Both the position numbers and the translations under genes were made by a program. Below the pieces are notes generated by a model, which was not told the DNA's origin, searched no databases, and saw only the letters and a list, made by a program, of their open reading frames with translations. Of a stretch of DNA of 26,011 nt, positions 26,011 through 26,011 are shown in pieces; position 1 is the first letter of the stretch; the number at the start of each line of letters is the position of its first letter. The stretch is from Candidatus Krumholzibacteriota bacterium (GTDB taxonomy: Bacteria; Krumholzibacteriota; Krumholzibacteriia; LZORAL124-64-63). The stretch covers positions 1 through 26,011 of the forward strand of contig JBDLKA010000044.1 in assembly GCA_039714075.1 (NCBI GenBank). Reading direction: 5' to 3'.

Positions 26011-26011
26011 G

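Overview
This is a GC-rich bacterial chromosomal window. Gene content (DUF2723, YfhO, a PorZ-like propeller, a GT2-WcaJ-like fusion) suggests an FCB-superphylum lineage, which is inference only. Nearly all genes lie on the minus strand. From the right end they are: 3' end of smc, ftsY, a 446-aa unknown protein, a cupin, a VOC protein, and an FMN-riboswitch-controlled ribD-ribE-ribBA-ribH operon. The usual ribH-nusB pair is split by two convergent GT-C-type membrane glycosyltransferase genes. nusB then heads a tightly coupled ~15 kb glycosylation locus: SAM methyltransferase, GT4, flippase-like LPG_synthase_TM protein, DUF2723/TMEM260-like GT-C with a TPR-like tail, NDP-sugar epimerase, ArnC/GtrB-like GT2, GT2, YfhO, polyprenol-P-mannose synthase, a GT2 fused to a degenerate phosphoglycosyl-transferase module, and a secreted beta-propeller gene interrupted by an in-frame TAG. 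The main leads are (1) a four-GT-C, polyprenol-phosphate-sugar-dependent extracytoplasmic glycosylation system that may perform TMEM260-type protein O-mannosylation, (2) a boxA-like element abutting the nusB ribosome-binding site, suggesting Nus autoregulation, (3) an in-frame amber codon inside an otherwise intact propeller repeat, and (4) a pseudo-PGT fusion. No mobile element, CRISPR array, tRNA or rRNA was seen. All family calls come from motif recognition by eye, not database searches.
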